From Bacillota bacterium (GTDB taxonomy: Bacteria; Bacillota_I; Bacilli_A; RF39; UBA660): DNA of 64,000 nt. The translations under genes were made by a program, and so were the position numbers. The notes under the pieces were generated by a model, which ran no database searches, was not told where the DNA came from, and saw only the letters and a list, made by a program, of their open reading frames with translations. Below, one piece after another: positions 9,809 to 21,134 of this stretch (positions are counted from its first letter, which is position 1; every line of letters starts with the position of its first letter). The stretch is taken from NCBI GenBank assembly GCA_023391185.1, contig JAEWBI010000020.1:5592-69591 (forward strand), given 5' to 3'.

Positions 9809-10684
9809 TTATTCACCTTCGTTTGCAATAACAGAAATAATACCACAGATTAATCCGCCTACAACGAAAGCAATCCAGCCTGGATGCCAAGCATTCCATA
9901 AAAAACCAACAATTAAGAAAACCATAGTTGCAATTATCATTACAACCGCATGGGCTTTATCAGCCACATTTCTATCTACAGGTTTTTTAATACTATATAT
10001 ATCATATTGCATTCCATAATATATAAACATATAAACAGCAATTGAAATAGGTAGAAAGAACGCTGTAGCTATTATGCTATCTAAAGATGTAAATTCACTT
10101 ATTACTCCTGCTAAAACAATTCCTAAAATACAAAGTGCAACTGCAACTGATATAACTACTGAGAATTTTTTAGAGAATTCTATAGGAACTTCTCTATTCT
10201 TATACTTTTCTCTATATAATTTATCAACATTTTCATATCTTGAATACATAGTACCATAATAAATAAAGATTATCACACCTATTGTAATAAATGTAAAAAA
10301 TAGAATAATCTGCATTATCTCACTATGAAATATATCATAGACAAGTGTTGCAGCAATTAACGATATAATACATGATACTACACCTAGTCCAATCATTATA
10401 GAAAACTTTTTATAGAATTTTATAAATTCATTTTCTAATTCACTATTTAATGTAGTATTTGTCATTTTAGTTTCACTAATTTCATTTTTTAATAATTCAT
10501 CTAATGAAACATGAAATAATTTACTTATTTCTATTAATTTGTCTGTTTCAGGATAACTAGTACCAGATTCCCATTTAGAAACAGCTTGTCTTGATACTCC
10601 TAAAATATCTGCAAGCTGTTCTTGAGAATAGCCTTTTTCCTTTCGTAACGTTTGTAGTTTTTCTCTAAAATCCATTTTCTTCAC
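9809..10684 (-). CDS. XRE-family HTH transcriptional regulator fused to a multi-pass membrane domain.
   Basis: The N-terminus LRKEKGYSQEQLADILGVSRQAVSKWESG is a canonical Cro/C1-type HTH. It is followed by about 6 predicted TM helices. Confidence 0.75.
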   Translation of the reverse strand: MKKMDFREKLQTLRKEKGYSQEQLADILGVSRQAVSKWESGTSYPETDKLIEISKLFHVSLDELLKNEISETKMTNTTLNSELENEFIKFYKKFSIMIGLGVVSCIISLIAATLVYDIFHSEIMQIILFFTFITIGVIIFIYYGTMYSRYENVDKLYREKYKNREVPIEFSKKFSVVISVAVALCILGIVLAGVISEFTSLDSIIATAFFLPISIAVYMFIYYGMQYDIYSIKKPVDRNVADKAHAVVMIIATMVFLIVGFLWNAWHPGWIAFVVGGLICGIISVIANEGE

Positions 10685-10775
10685 CTCTAGATAAATATAC
10701 TAAAAACTATGTAAATTATCTACCAACTACAAGTTGTTTTTATGCTACTTACGGTTGCGCATACATAATTCTCTA

Positions 10776-13586
10776 TTAAATTACTTCTTTTAAGAACTTT
10801 CCAGTATAACTTGCTTCTACTTTAATTATGTCTTCTGGTGTACCAAAAGCAACAATAGTTCCACCACCATCGCCACCTTCTGGACCTAAGTCAATTATAT
10901 AATCAGCTACTTTAATAACATCTAAATTATGTTCAATAACAATAACTGTATCACCGTTATCAACAATTCTCTCTAAAATCACTAATAATTTTTTAATATC
11001 ATCCGTATGAAGTCCAGTTGTTGGTTCATCTAATATAAACAAACTCTTTCCAGTAGGCTTCTTTTGTAATTCTTTAGCAAGCTTAACTCTGGCAGCTTCT
11101 CCACCAGAAAGTGTTGGAGCACTTTGCCCTAATTTTACATAAGAAAGTCCAACATCCATAAGCATTTGTAATTTTGTTTTTACTTTAGGTACATTCTCAA
11201 AGAATTCTAGTGCTTCATCAACACGCATCTCTAAAACGTCATATATGCTTTTTCCTTTATATTTAATTTGTAATGTTTCATTATTATATCTTGTTCCACC
11301 GCAGACATCACAAGGTACATATACATCTGGTAAAAAGTGCATTTCTATTCTTTTTACACCATCACCCCAACATGCTTCACAGCGTCCACCTTTAACATTA
11401 AATGAAAATCTACCTTTATCATAACCACGCATTTTTGCTTCTTTTGTTTGTGTGAAAACATCTCTAATGTCATCAAAAACACCTACATATGTAGCAGGAT
11501 TACTTCGTGGAGTTCTACCTATTGGAGACTGCGATATATCAACAACTTTATCAATATTATCTAGTCCTTTAATTGATTTAAACTTACCTGGCCTTTCTTT
11601 AGTTCTATATAAATTAGCAGATACTGCTTTATATAAAATCTCGTTTATTAAACTACTTTTCCCTGAACCAGAAACTCCAGTTATACAAGTAAATGTTCCA
11701 AGAGGAAACTTAACATCGATATTTTTTAAATTATTTTCGACAGCCCCTTTTATCTCAATATATTTCTTGTTGCCTTTTCTTCTATTTTCAGGTATTTCGA
11801 TTTTTAATTCCCCTGTTAAATATTTTCCAGTCAAACTATTTGGATTATGCATTACTTGTTCTGGTGTTCCCTCAGCAACTACTTGTCCACCGTGAATACC
11901 AGCACCAGGTCCTATATCAACTAAATAGTCTGCAGCTAGCATTGTATCAGTATCATGCTCAACTACAACTAATGTATTTCCTAAATCACGCATTTCAAGT
12001 AGTGAATTTATTAGTCTTTGGTTATCTCTTTGATGAAGACCAATACTAGGCTCATCAAGGACGTATAAAACCCCTGTTAATCTTGAACCAATTTGTGTAG
12101 CAAGTCTAATTCTTTGAGCTTCTCCACCACTTAATGTACCAGCAGTTCTAGCTAGTGTTAAATATTCTAGACCTACATTAATTAAAAAGTTTAACCTAGA
12201 GCCAATTTCTTTTACTATTAATTTAGATATTTCAACTTGTTCTTTTGTTAACTCTAAAGCATTTATAAATTTATATAAGTCTCTGATACTTAATAATGTA
12301 ATCTCATATATGTTCTTATCGTTTATTTTTACTGAAAGAACTGATGAGTCTAGTCTAGAGCCATTACAAGTTGGACATGGAAGTTCAGTCATATACTGCT
12401 CTATCCACTCTCTTATCCAACCACTTTTTGTTTCAATATAACGTCTTTCTAGATTTGTTATTATTCCTTCATAAAAATCTCTTGAAGTTCTAGTGTTACC
12501 ATTTTTAGCAACATAGTTGAACTCTAAAATATCTGGTGTTCCATATAATAAAATTTCTAACTTCTCTTTACTTAATTTTTTTAATGGAGCATCCATATCA
12601 ATGTCATAATATCTACATACAGTATCTATTTGAGTATATATTATGTTTGTTGTATCATTTAGATTAATGGCTACAATGGCACCATCATTAATACTTTTAT
12701 CTCTATCTGGTATTACTAAATCCTCATCTATTTTCATCTTAATTCCTAAACCCTTACAGTCTTGACATGCTCCATATGGCGCATTAAATGAAAACATTCT
12801 TGGTTCTAATTCTGGTAAACTAAAATCACAATCTGGACAAGCATATTTTTCACTCATTATAATTAGTTCTCCACCAATTACATCTATAACTACTTTTCCA
12901 TTTGAAAGTTTAACTGCTAGTTCAATTGCTTCATAAAGTCTACTTCTTACATCATCCTTAATAATTAATCTATCAATAATAGCTTCTACATTATGTTTTT
13001 TATTTTTTTCGAGATTTATTTCTTCACTTAAATCATAATCTTCGCCATCTATTCTTACCCTTGCATAACCTTCTTTTCTAAGATCATCTAGTACCTCTTT
13101 TTGTGTACCTTTTTCCCCATACACAACAGGACTAAGAACTCTTATCTTTGTGCCTTCTTCTAGAGCTAGTATTTGATTTGTCATTTCTTCAATACTTTGA
13201 CTAGATATTGGCTTATTATGAGTAGGACAATAAGGAATACCTACTCTAGCATATAATAATCTTAAATAATCATATATTTCTGTTACTGTTCCAACTGTAC
13301 TTCTTGGATTTTTATTAGTTGTCTTTTGATCGATACTAATTGCTGGAGATAAACCCTCAATTGAATCAACATCTGGTTTTTCTGATCCACCTAAAAACTG
13401 CCTAGCATAGGCACTTAAACTTTCTACATATCTTCTTTGACCTTCTGCGTATATAGTGTCAAAAGCAAGTGAAGACTTACCAGATCCTGAAACACCTGTC
13501 ATTACAATTAATTTATCCTTAGGTAAAGTTATATTAATATTTTTTAAGTTATTTTCGCGTGCACCTTTTATTACAATATTTTCCAT
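10776..13586 (-). CDS. uvrA: Excinuclease ABC subunit A.
   Basis: A 936-aa protein with two ABC ATPase modules (GVSGSGKSSL twice, LSGGE signature twice) and zinc-finger cysteines (CPTC, CEAC). Confidence 0.95.
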   Translation of the reverse strand: MENIVIKGARENNLKNINITLPKDKLIVMTGVSGSGKSSLAFDTIYAEGQRRYVESLSAYARQFLGGSEKPDVDSIEGLSPAISIDQKTTNKNPRSTVGTVTEIYDYLRLLYARVGIPYCPTHNKPISSQSIEEMTNQILALEEGTKIRVLSPVVYGEKGTQKEVLDDLRKEGYARVRIDGEDYDLSEEINLEKNKKHNVEAIIDRLIIKDDVRSRLYEAIELAVKLSNGKVVIDVIGGELIIMSEKYACPDCDFSLPELEPRMFSFNAPYGACQDCKGLGIKMKIDEDLVIPDRDKSINDGAIVAINLNDTTNIIYTQIDTVCRYYDIDMDAPLKKLSKEKLEILLYGTPDILEFNYVAKNGNTRTSRDFYEGIITNLERRYIETKSGWIREWIEQYMTELPCPTCNGSRLDSSVLSVKINDKNIYEITLLSIRDLYKFINALELTKEQVEISKLIVKEIGSRLNFLINVGLEYLTLARTAGTLSGGEAQRIRLATQIGSRLTGVLYVLDEPSIGLHQRDNQRLINSLLEMRDLGNTLVVVEHDTDTMLAADYLVDIGPGAGIHGGQVVAEGTPEQVMHNPNSLTGKYLTGELKIEIPENRRKGNKKYIEIKGAVENNLKNIDVKFPLGTFTCITGVSGSGKSSLINEILYKAVSANLYRTKERPGKFKSIKGLDNIDKVVDISQSPIGRTPRSNPATYVGVFDDIRDVFTQTKEAKMRGYDKGRFSFNVKGGRCEACWGDGVKRIEMHFLPDVYVPCDVCGGTRYNNETLQIKYKGKSIYDVLEMRVDEALEFFENVPKVKTKLQMLMDVGLSYVKLGQSAPTLSGGEAARVKLAKELQKKPTGKSLFILDEPTTGLHTDDIKKLLVILERIVDNGDTVIVIEHNLDVIKVADYIIDLGPEGGDGGGTIVAFGTPEDIIKVEASYTGKFLKEVI

Positions 13587-13751
13587 GAAACACCTCTTGA
13601 TTCATATTTTTGTTATTAAAAACATCAGTAGTTATTATACCACAATTTGCTTTTTTTACTACTAAACATTTTCATTATACCAGGCGAACAAGTGTTTGTA
13701 CAGTAATTTTCAGAAAAATAAACTTTTTTTAATAATAAACAAAAAAACAGG

Positions 13752-15809
13752 TTAATATTGTCCTGTTTGTTTTGATATTATATTCATAATATTAGTATAT
13801 ATTTCTTGCATTTGTTCTTCTGTTAATTCATCGTATTTTACTGAATCTGTAATAGTTTCTTCTATTGAAGCAGATGTTTTTAATTTACTATCCATATTAA
13901 TACTTAAGCTATATTCTTTATTTTTACCATCATATGCTTCATATGAAAAGATTCTATTTAAGTCATACTCAGCACCGGCAGTTACTTCTTTTATATTAGT
14001 ACTAAGTTTTACTTTGTATTCTTGATTATCAATGGTAAAATCGGCTGTTATTTCATACAAAGTTTTTGTTGAGTTTATTTTAATATAACCTAGTTTTTCA
14101 TCTTCACTTTTATATACATTAACTGTTAAAGTTTGATCAACTTTTTCTAGTTCAACAAATCCTTGTAACTCATCATCCTCATTAAAATAAATACGTGGTT
14201 TAGTATCATTTCTATACTCAATACTTATAGTTTTTTCTTCATATGAAGCCTCTGCACAATTTGAATAATCATTTGTTGTTGTATAATCCTCTGCTGTATC
14301 ATCAAATTGTGTGTTATCATCAGTTGTATAATAGTAATCATCATCTGTACTGTTATCTATACTATCATCACTTGAATAGTCATATATTGTGTAATCTTCT
14401 GGTGTTTGATCATCTATTTGTTTAACTTCAAATTGCTCATTTGTTGATGACATATTTTCTAAATCAGTATCATCTGTATTATCATAATTTTCAAAGTTAA
14501 AGCAATTTGAATAATCATATGTAGGTTCATAATATTTGTAATCAAAATCTATACCTTCTACTACATTTGTTAAATTATTAGTATATACAGTATATATATA
14601 TGTACTCATATGTTCTTCATCAATTGAATCAATAACATCATCCATATTATAACTTTCAAAATCCTTATAGAAATTTGTTACAATTTTATTAGCTTTATCA
14701 TCAGATTTTATATCATTTATTACTAAATTTACTATTTTAGAAATTTGCTTATCATTATACTCTAATTTTAATGAATTAACTTTTTTTGTAGTTCCATCAA
14801 TTTTTATTTCAGTTTTATCTCTAACAAAATCATCTTTATTTACATTATTTACAAAGCTTTTAACAATAAAGTTGTATAAATAATCATAATCGTTTAAATC
14901 ATTATAATTAGTTGAAGATAAAGCATCTTTTAACTCTTCTATTTCAATATATTTATCAAAAATTTTATTTAAAAATATATATCCTGTTTTCGAATTTGTT
15001 AATAATTTTACTCCACCTAATTCTTCAGTTTTGTTACTTAAATTTAACTCAAATAAAGTTTTATCTACTGTTTTACTAAAATTATAATTAAATGTCATTT
15101 TATTAACTAAACTTATTAATTGATTTAAATCAGTGTTTTCAGTATTATCCATTTGAATAGTGAAATTTCCTTTTTCAGAATATTGTTCTGATTCATTAAG
15201 TACAATTGGCGATTCAAAATAATTTTTAAAGTTCTCTAATTGTTTAATACTATTATTAATAATAACTTTTTCATTAGTACTATAAACATAATATACTAAA
15301 GCAATTATAAAACCGATAACTAATAATATTAGAGCAAATATTAATATTTTTAATCCTTTTTTGCTACTTTTATTATTTTTTTCCTCATTATTGTTATTAT
15401 CGACTACTGTATTTTCTAGGGAAGGAAAAACAGGTTCATCAATTGGTGGAATATAAGGTATTACTACAGGTTCTACTACTGGGCTTACTACTGGCATTAT
15501 TACTGGTTCAGTAAATTCTGAAGTTGCAGTTGGTTGCTGAACTGGAATATTATTTTGCGTTACTACAGGTACAACTTCTGGATTTGCAACAGAAATTACT
15601 GTTGGTTGCTCCTGGATTTCCGGCATTATAATTGGTTGTTCAAATGAAAAATCATTTGAACTTACTGTTTGTTCTACTTCTTGATTTGTATTTGGTTGTA
15701 CTAATTGATTATCATCGGGTATTACTATCGGTTCGTTTGCAGGTAATACATCTGGTATCTTATTTGGAACAGTATTGTTATTTTCACTGTTCTCCAAGTT
15801 ATTGTTCAT
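13752..15809 (-). CDS. Hypothetical single-pass membrane protein. It has a Pro/Val-rich N-terminal region and a D/Y/T-rich acidic low-complexity segment.
   Basis: A 685-aa protein. TM segment is ILIFALILLVIGFIIALVYYVY at about residue 155. P/V-rich stretches are present (PVVTQNNIPVQQP, VIMPVVSPVVEPVVIPYIPPIDEPV), as are acidic runs (DDDYYYTTDDNTQFDD). A hairpin plus T-run terminator overlaps the stop codon. Confidence 0.5.
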   Translation of the reverse strand: MNNNLENSENNNTVPNKIPDVLPANEPIVIPDDNQLVQPNTNQEVEQTVSSNDFSFEQPIIMPEIQEQPTVISVANPEVVPVVTQNNIPVQQPTATSEFTEPVIMPVVSPVVEPVVIPYIPPIDEPVFPSLENTVVDNNNNEEKNNKSSKKGLKILIFALILLVIGFIIALVYYVYSTNEKVIINNSIKQLENFKNYFESPIVLNESEQYSEKGNFTIQMDNTENTDLNQLISLVNKMTFNYNFSKTVDKTLFELNLSNKTEELGGVKLLTNSKTGYIFLNKIFDKYIEIEELKDALSSTNYNDLNDYDYLYNFIVKSFVNNVNKDDFVRDKTEIKIDGTTKKVNSLKLEYNDKQISKIVNLVINDIKSDDKANKIVTNFYKDFESYNMDDVIDSIDEEHMSTYIYTVYTNNLTNVVEGIDFDYKYYEPTYDYSNCFNFENYDNTDDTDLENMSSTNEQFEVKQIDDQTPEDYTIYDYSSDDSIDNSTDDDYYYTTDDNTQFDDTAEDYTTTNDYSNCAEASYEEKTISIEYRNDTKPRIYFNEDDELQGFVELEKVDQTLTVNVYKSEDEKLGYIKINSTKTLYEITADFTIDNQEYKVKLSTNIKEVTAGAEYDLNRIFSYEAYDGKNKEYSLSINMDSKLKTSASIEETITDSVKYDELTEEQMQEIYTNIMNIISKQTGQY

Positions 15810-15907
15810 TTATTTCACTCCATCCTATTATAAATTATAGCAAAATAATACAAAAAAAGAAACAAAAAATGTTTCTTTATTTTATTGCATATATTAACCT
15901 TCATCTA

Positions 15908-16420
<513 letters not shown>

Positions 16421-16471
16421 CTATCCTATGAATACATTATAGCAAATAAAATGGAAAAATACAAAATTTTT

Positions 16472-16822
16472 TTAATCTTTTGGTTTAAATATCAACGAAA
16501 GATAGAATGAAAAGATAATTGCAGAGCATATTCCAGATGCAGTAAGGTTAAACATTCCCATGATTAAACCCATTATTCCATATGTACCTGCTGATTCTAA
16601 CGCCCCATGAATTAATAAATGTCCAAAACTAGTTATAGGAACAAGTGCTCCTCCACCACAGAAGATGATTATCTTATCATAGAAATTAAATATATCTAAA
16701 AAAGAGCCAAGTACAACAAATATAGTAGTTATATGTCCTGGAGTAAGCTTGGTATTATCAAGTATTAATTCACCTATTAAACAAACAACTCCTGCAAATA
16801 AAAAGGAATATATATATATCAT
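16472..16822 (-). CDS. spoVAE: Stage V sporulation protein AEb (SpoVAC/SpoVAEb family).
   Basis: A 116-aa polytopic membrane protein at the third position of the spoVA tricistron, with a 4-nt overlap into spoVAD. Confidence 0.7.
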   Translation of the reverse strand: MIYIYSFLFAGVVCLIGELILDNTKLTPGHITTIFVVLGSFLDIFNFYDKIIIFCGGGALVPITSFGHLLIHGALESAGTYGIMGLIMGMFNLTASGICSAIIFSFYLSLIFKPKD

Positions 16823-17808
16823 TCTATTACCTCCAAACTTATAGCATGCGCAATTGAAGGAATTGGTAGTTTTTGATTTACAGTAGTTGTATTCATAAGC
16901 GCTCCTGTTGCAACTAATAAAACTTTATTAATCTTTTTTGCTTTCATCATACTAAAAACATATCCATATGAAACAAGTGGTAAACATGCTGGCCCACTTC
17001 CTCCTGCATAAACGTCTTGTTTTTTGATATCAAATATCATACAAGCTGAATCATCACAGTTATCTAAGTTTATTTTATAATTTTTTTTCATATATTCTTT
17101 TAACATAGGTTTTCCATATCTACCTAAATCACCTGTTAATATTAAATCATAATAATCTGGTTTTCTATTTGTTTGCTCTAAATGATCATGAATTGTTTGT
17201 GCAGCAGCAATTGCCATTACACCACCCATATTAAATACCTCTTTAATACCTGAATCTACTGCCTTACCTACTGTTGCACTTTCTACTTTAAAACCTGATT
17301 TTTTATTTGATAGAAATGCTGATGCAGCCCCTGTTACTGTAAAGGTTGTAGTTTTAGGTTTTGGTCCACCATATTCTACTGGATATCTAAACTGTTTTTC
17401 AGCAGTATTATTATGTGAAGATGTGCCTACAATAATATTATTAGACTGATTAGCTTCTATCATATTAGAAGCTATAATCAATCCTTCTACACTTGTTGCA
17501 CATGCACTATATATTCCTAGATAAGGTATATCATACTTACTTGCTGTATAATTTGAAGAAACTAATTGATTTAATAAATCACCAGATATAAATAATCCTA
17601 CATCTTTAATTTGTTTCTTTTCTTTTTTTAATAGTAAATTAATTGATTCATCCAATAATTTCATTTCTGCCTGTTCCCATGTGTCTTGTCCAAAATAGTA
17701 TTCATCATATTTTTTATCATAGTATTTTGATAATGGTCCGTCTTTTTCAAATGGTCCTGCGATTGTTTCTGTATTATTTATATATACATTATTATATTTA
17801 AAAGTCAT
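16819..17808 (-). CDS. spoVAD: Stage V sporulation protein AD (thiolase-fold, dipicolinic acid-binding).
   Basis: A 329-aa protein with N-terminus MTFKYNNVYINNTETIAGPFEKDGPL. It has a beta-ketoacyl-synthase-like fold with the Cys motif YSACATS. It is flanked by spoVAC and spoVAEb. Confidence 0.85.
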   Translation of the reverse strand: MTFKYNNVYINNTETIAGPFEKDGPLSKYYDKKYDEYYFGQDTWEQAEMKLLDESINLLLKKEKKQIKDVGLFISGDLLNQLVSSNYTASKYDIPYLGIYSACATSVEGLIIASNMIEANQSNNIIVGTSSHNNTAEKQFRYPVEYGGPKPKTTTFTVTGAASAFLSNKKSGFKVESATVGKAVDSGIKEVFNMGGVMAIAAAQTIHDHLEQTNRKPDYYDLILTGDLGRYGKPMLKEYMKKNYKINLDNCDDSACMIFDIKKQDVYAGGSGPACLPLVSYGYVFSMMKAKKINKVLLVATGALMNTTTVNQKLPIPSIAHAISLEVIE

Positions 17809-18248
17809 TAGCCACCAAATATAAGATATCTTATAATACCAAAAGTATAAGCACTAACTACACCAAAAACAATTACAGAACCAGCTAATTTAAACATATT
17901 TGCACCAATACCAGTTACCATACCTTCTTTGCGGTACTCTAAAGTTGCACTCATCATAGCATGAGCAAATCCAGTAATTGGAACAATTAAACCACATCTA
18001 GCTTTATGAACCCATTTATCAAAAAAACCAAAGCATGTTAATAAACATCCTAAAAAGACAAGAGTAACAATCATGAATACAGAGGCCTGAGCAGTTGGAA
18101 TATTAAAGAAATATGAATATGCCTCAACTAAAACTTGACCTATTAAACCCATAAATCCACCAACAAAAAATGCCACTACTGCATTCTTAAATCTATCTTC
18201 TGTTGGAGTATGTTTCTCAACAATTTCTTTATACATATTTTTATTCAT
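17808..18248 (-). CDS. spoVAC: Stage V sporulation protein AC.
   Basis: A 146-aa membrane protein at the first position of a spoVAC-spoVAD-spoVAEb tricistron, with a 1-nt overlap into spoVAD. Confidence 0.75.
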   Translation of the reverse strand: MNKNMYKEIVEKHTPTEDRFKNAVVAFFVGGFMGLIGQVLVEAYSYFFNIPTAQASVFMIVTLVFLGCLLTCFGFFDKWVHKARCGLIVPITGFAHAMMSATLEYRKEGMVTGIGANMFKLAGSVIVFGVVSAYTFGIIRYLIFGG

Positions 18249-18318
18249 AATAACCTCCTAAAATTATTATGAATAGTTTCTTTTTTTATATACGAACTAT
18301 TGTATATAAAAAAAGAAA

Positions 18319-18798
18319 TTAATTTAGTAATGAATTAATTTCTTTTTCAATCTTTAAAATAAAATTTTCATTATTATTATAATATTTTGAAAACTTATGT
18401 TTTTCAATAATATTAATGTTATTAATAAGTTCTTCTTTTGTAAGAGCCATTAAAACATAATTATTATCTACTAAATATTTAGTAATCTCTAACTGATGAT
18501 CATTTATATGTTCTTTATATTCTTTAAGTCTTGGTACAACTATTACCTTTTTGCCTTTTTCTAAGGCTTTAAAAATTGTTCCGCCACCACCATGAGTAAT
18601 TATTATTCTAGCTTCATCTATTTTTTGATTCATTTCATCATAATTAAAGAAATCATAATATTCAATATTTGGATTTTTAAAAGAAAATCTTCCTTTTCCG
18701 CCTTGAATAATAATCTGTTCTTTTATATTAAGACTATCTATATAATTAAATAATCTTTTAAAAGACTGTTTTTGTGTTCCAATAGTAAATAATATCAT
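18319..18798 (-). CDS. Alg13-like / glycosyltransferase family 28 C-terminal-domain protein (PssE/Cps14G/EpsF-type catalytic subunit).
   Basis: A 159-aa protein. The motif ITHGGGGTIFKALEKGKKVIVVPR matches the Alg13/MurG C-terminal UDP-sugar-binding half-domain. Its stop/start overlaps the upstream Alg14-like gene. Confidence 0.7.
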   Translation of the reverse strand: MILFTIGTQKQSFKRLFNYIDSLNIKEQIIIQGGKGRFSFKNPNIEYYDFFNYDEMNQKIDEARIIITHGGGGTIFKALEKGKKVIVVPRLKEYKEHINDHQLEITKYLVDNNYVLMALTKEELINNINIIEKHKFSKYYNNNENFILKIEKEINSLLN

Positions 18799-21128
18799 TA
18801 GTATACCCCCTTAATATATTTAGCTTTGGGGTATATTTCTTGATAATTATTGTGCTGAACAATAAAAGTTGTCGCGATAGGATAAACTAGTTTTCCTGAA
18901 AGAGTTGGTGTATGAGTCCTGTCAAAAACCTCTACAAATATAATCTTTCGATCAAAAAAGTAACCTAAGTAACACATTAATACTGATGTGTGGGCCCCTG
19001 TTGTATAAATGATATCAGGGTTATATCTAATGAAATAGTATATACTTTTTAAAACATTAAGAATACTTATAAAAACATATTTTAACATATAGTACCTTGA
19101 ACCATAAAATAAATATTTAATTTTATATTTTTCTTTAAGTTTCAAAGAAATTTTATTCTTTTCAGTTATTAAAATGTAATCATACTTATCATAAATACTA
19201 TCTATAGCTAGTAGTTCTGTAAGATGACCACCAACACTTGAAATAAATATAACTTTATTTTTATTTTTTAAATCTCTATAATTATAATCTAAAACTATTA
19301 AATTTAAAAGTAATAAAAAATGAATAAACTCATAACTCATATTTATATCAAGTAATGAAGAACCAATTAGTAATAAAAATAAAGCAATTATATATAAGGA
19401 TCTATCATCTCTTAATAATCTTATAGAATAAACAATACCATACGCAATTAAAGTAAAATAATAAATTACTCCTATTATGCCTAATTCTACTAACATTCTT
19501 GCTATAAAACTATGTTCATCAGAAGGTTCAAAACGAAAGTGATTATTTACTGAATAATACTTAAATGCTCTAAATCCTTGGCCAACTAACATATTTCCTT
19601 TAGTTATTTCTAAAACATGATTATATATATCCATTCTGCCATCTAAACTACCTTTATCGTACTTTGTTTGTTCTTTAGAATGAATATATATATATGGAGT
19701 TAAAATATTATCAACTTCATATACTTGTGTCTTATTAGTATCAAGATTAATTACATATACACTACTTATTTCAGCAGAATTATATATATCCATATTTTCT
19801 AATTCCAGATAATAATACTCGAACTCTTTAAGCGTATTTAATCTGAAATAGTAAGTATTTTGATCTTCATTTATAAACTTTGAATCAACTGTTTTCTTTA
19901 TTATATGAGAGTTTTTAACATATAAAACTTTCAATTTTAAAATAGGATTATTTAATTCATTTTTATTTTTTATATCTAACTTTATTAAATAACTCTTACT
20001 ACATTCTAAATTCATAAAGTCTGCAAAAATAATATTATCTTTTAAATTATTTTCTGTAATATTACTTATTTTTAAAGATTGAGATCTTGGAAAAGCAAAT
20101 AATATACAAACGATAAATAAAATTATAATAAAGGATATAGTATAGATAACTTTACTTTTTTTACTAATTAATAATAATATTAAATAGCTTATGTAATAAA
20201 TTATAAACATTAAGATAATAATAGATAAGAATATTATTAAATTATTGTTATATATAAATATACGAGTTTTATTAATAGCATATAGTACTGGTAAAATTAT
20301 ACAGAAATATATAGTTATTAAATTAATAATTTCTTTATACTTTTTTCGGATAAAGTAGTTAATTATTAGTAATATATTAATAATTAAAAATATCATGGTG
20401 GTTATTTTAGACATTGTTAATAAAAAAGCTAATAACAATATGAATAAACAAAAATGGAAAATAATATTCTTATTATCTGTAGTTAAATAATAACAAGTTA
20501 TAAAATACCCTGTTAGTATAAATGTAGCATAGGTATTAGGATAAAGAAGCGTACCATATAACCTATCTACACTACTTTTATAGAAATCTCCAAACCAAGA
20601 TTTTATTTGCAATAAATTTCCTATATCAGAATTACTTTGAATAATAAATGAAATAATTACTGATATAGTACTAGATAATATAATGGTTTTTAAGATATAG
20701 TTTAGTCTTTCTTTATTAATTATTCTTCTTAAAACAATTACATGAATAGCAATTAATAAACTAACTAATATATATTCTAAATTCAGTCTTATATTTGATA
20801 TATCTTTGCCACATAACATTGGAATAAAATATAACATAGGAAAAGTTAATATTATTAGATCTAATCTATTAAATTTAACTCTTCTTTCCTTATAAATAAA
20901 TATATATCCTAATGCTATAAATAATGTTGAAACAATCCATCCTATTTTTATATATTTAACAATAGATTGTGTGTCTTCAAATATATTAGAATAATTAAAA
21001 TATAGTGGACTTACCATTATATACACTAGAGTTAATAGTATAGTAATTTCTTCATACTTCTTTTTCATAATACACCTAGTTAAGTTACTTTCTAAGTAAA
21101 TTATACTATATGTATTTTTTTGATGCAA
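18798..21128 (-). CDS. Large polytopic membrane protein (O-antigen polymerase/ligase-like N-terminal domain) fused to a C-terminal Alg14-like (PssD/Cps14F) domain.
   Basis: A 776-aa protein with more than 10 TM helices in the first ~350 residues. The C-terminal ~150 aa (VIFISSVGGHLTELLAI...TTGAHTSVLMCYLGYFFDRKIIFVE) matches the Alg14 membrane-anchor subunit that partners with Alg13. Confidence 0.55.
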   Translation of the reverse strand: MHQKNTYSIIYLESNLTRCIMKKKYEEITILLTLVYIMVSPLYFNYSNIFEDTQSIVKYIKIGWIVSTLFIALGYIFIYKERRVKFNRLDLIILTFPMLYFIPMLCGKDISNIRLNLEYILVSLLIAIHVIVLRRIINKERLNYILKTIILSSTISVIISFIIQSNSDIGNLLQIKSWFGDFYKSSVDRLYGTLLYPNTYATFILTGYFITCYYLTTDNKNIIFHFCLFILLLAFLLTMSKITTMIFLIINILLIINYFIRKKYKEIINLITIYFCIILPVLYAINKTRIFIYNNNLIIFLSIIILMFIIYYISYLILLLISKKSKVIYTISFIIILFIVCILFAFPRSQSLKISNITENNLKDNIIFADFMNLECSKSYLIKLDIKNKNELNNPILKLKVLYVKNSHIIKKTVDSKFINEDQNTYYFRLNTLKEFEYYYLELENMDIYNSAEISSVYVINLDTNKTQVYEVDNILTPYIYIHSKEQTKYDKGSLDGRMDIYNHVLEITKGNMLVGQGFRAFKYYSVNNHFRFEPSDEHSFIARMLVELGIIGVIYYFTLIAYGIVYSIRLLRDDRSLYIIALFLLLIGSSLLDINMSYEFIHFLLLLNLIVLDYNYRDLKNKNKVIFISSVGGHLTELLAIDSIYDKYDYILITEKNKISLKLKEKYKIKYLFYGSRYYMLKYVFISILNVLKSIYYFIRYNPDIIYTTGAHTSVLMCYLGYFFDRKIIFVEVFDRTHTPTLSGKLVYPIATTFIVQHNNYQEIYPKAKYIKGVY

Positions 21129-21134
21129 CAGTAC

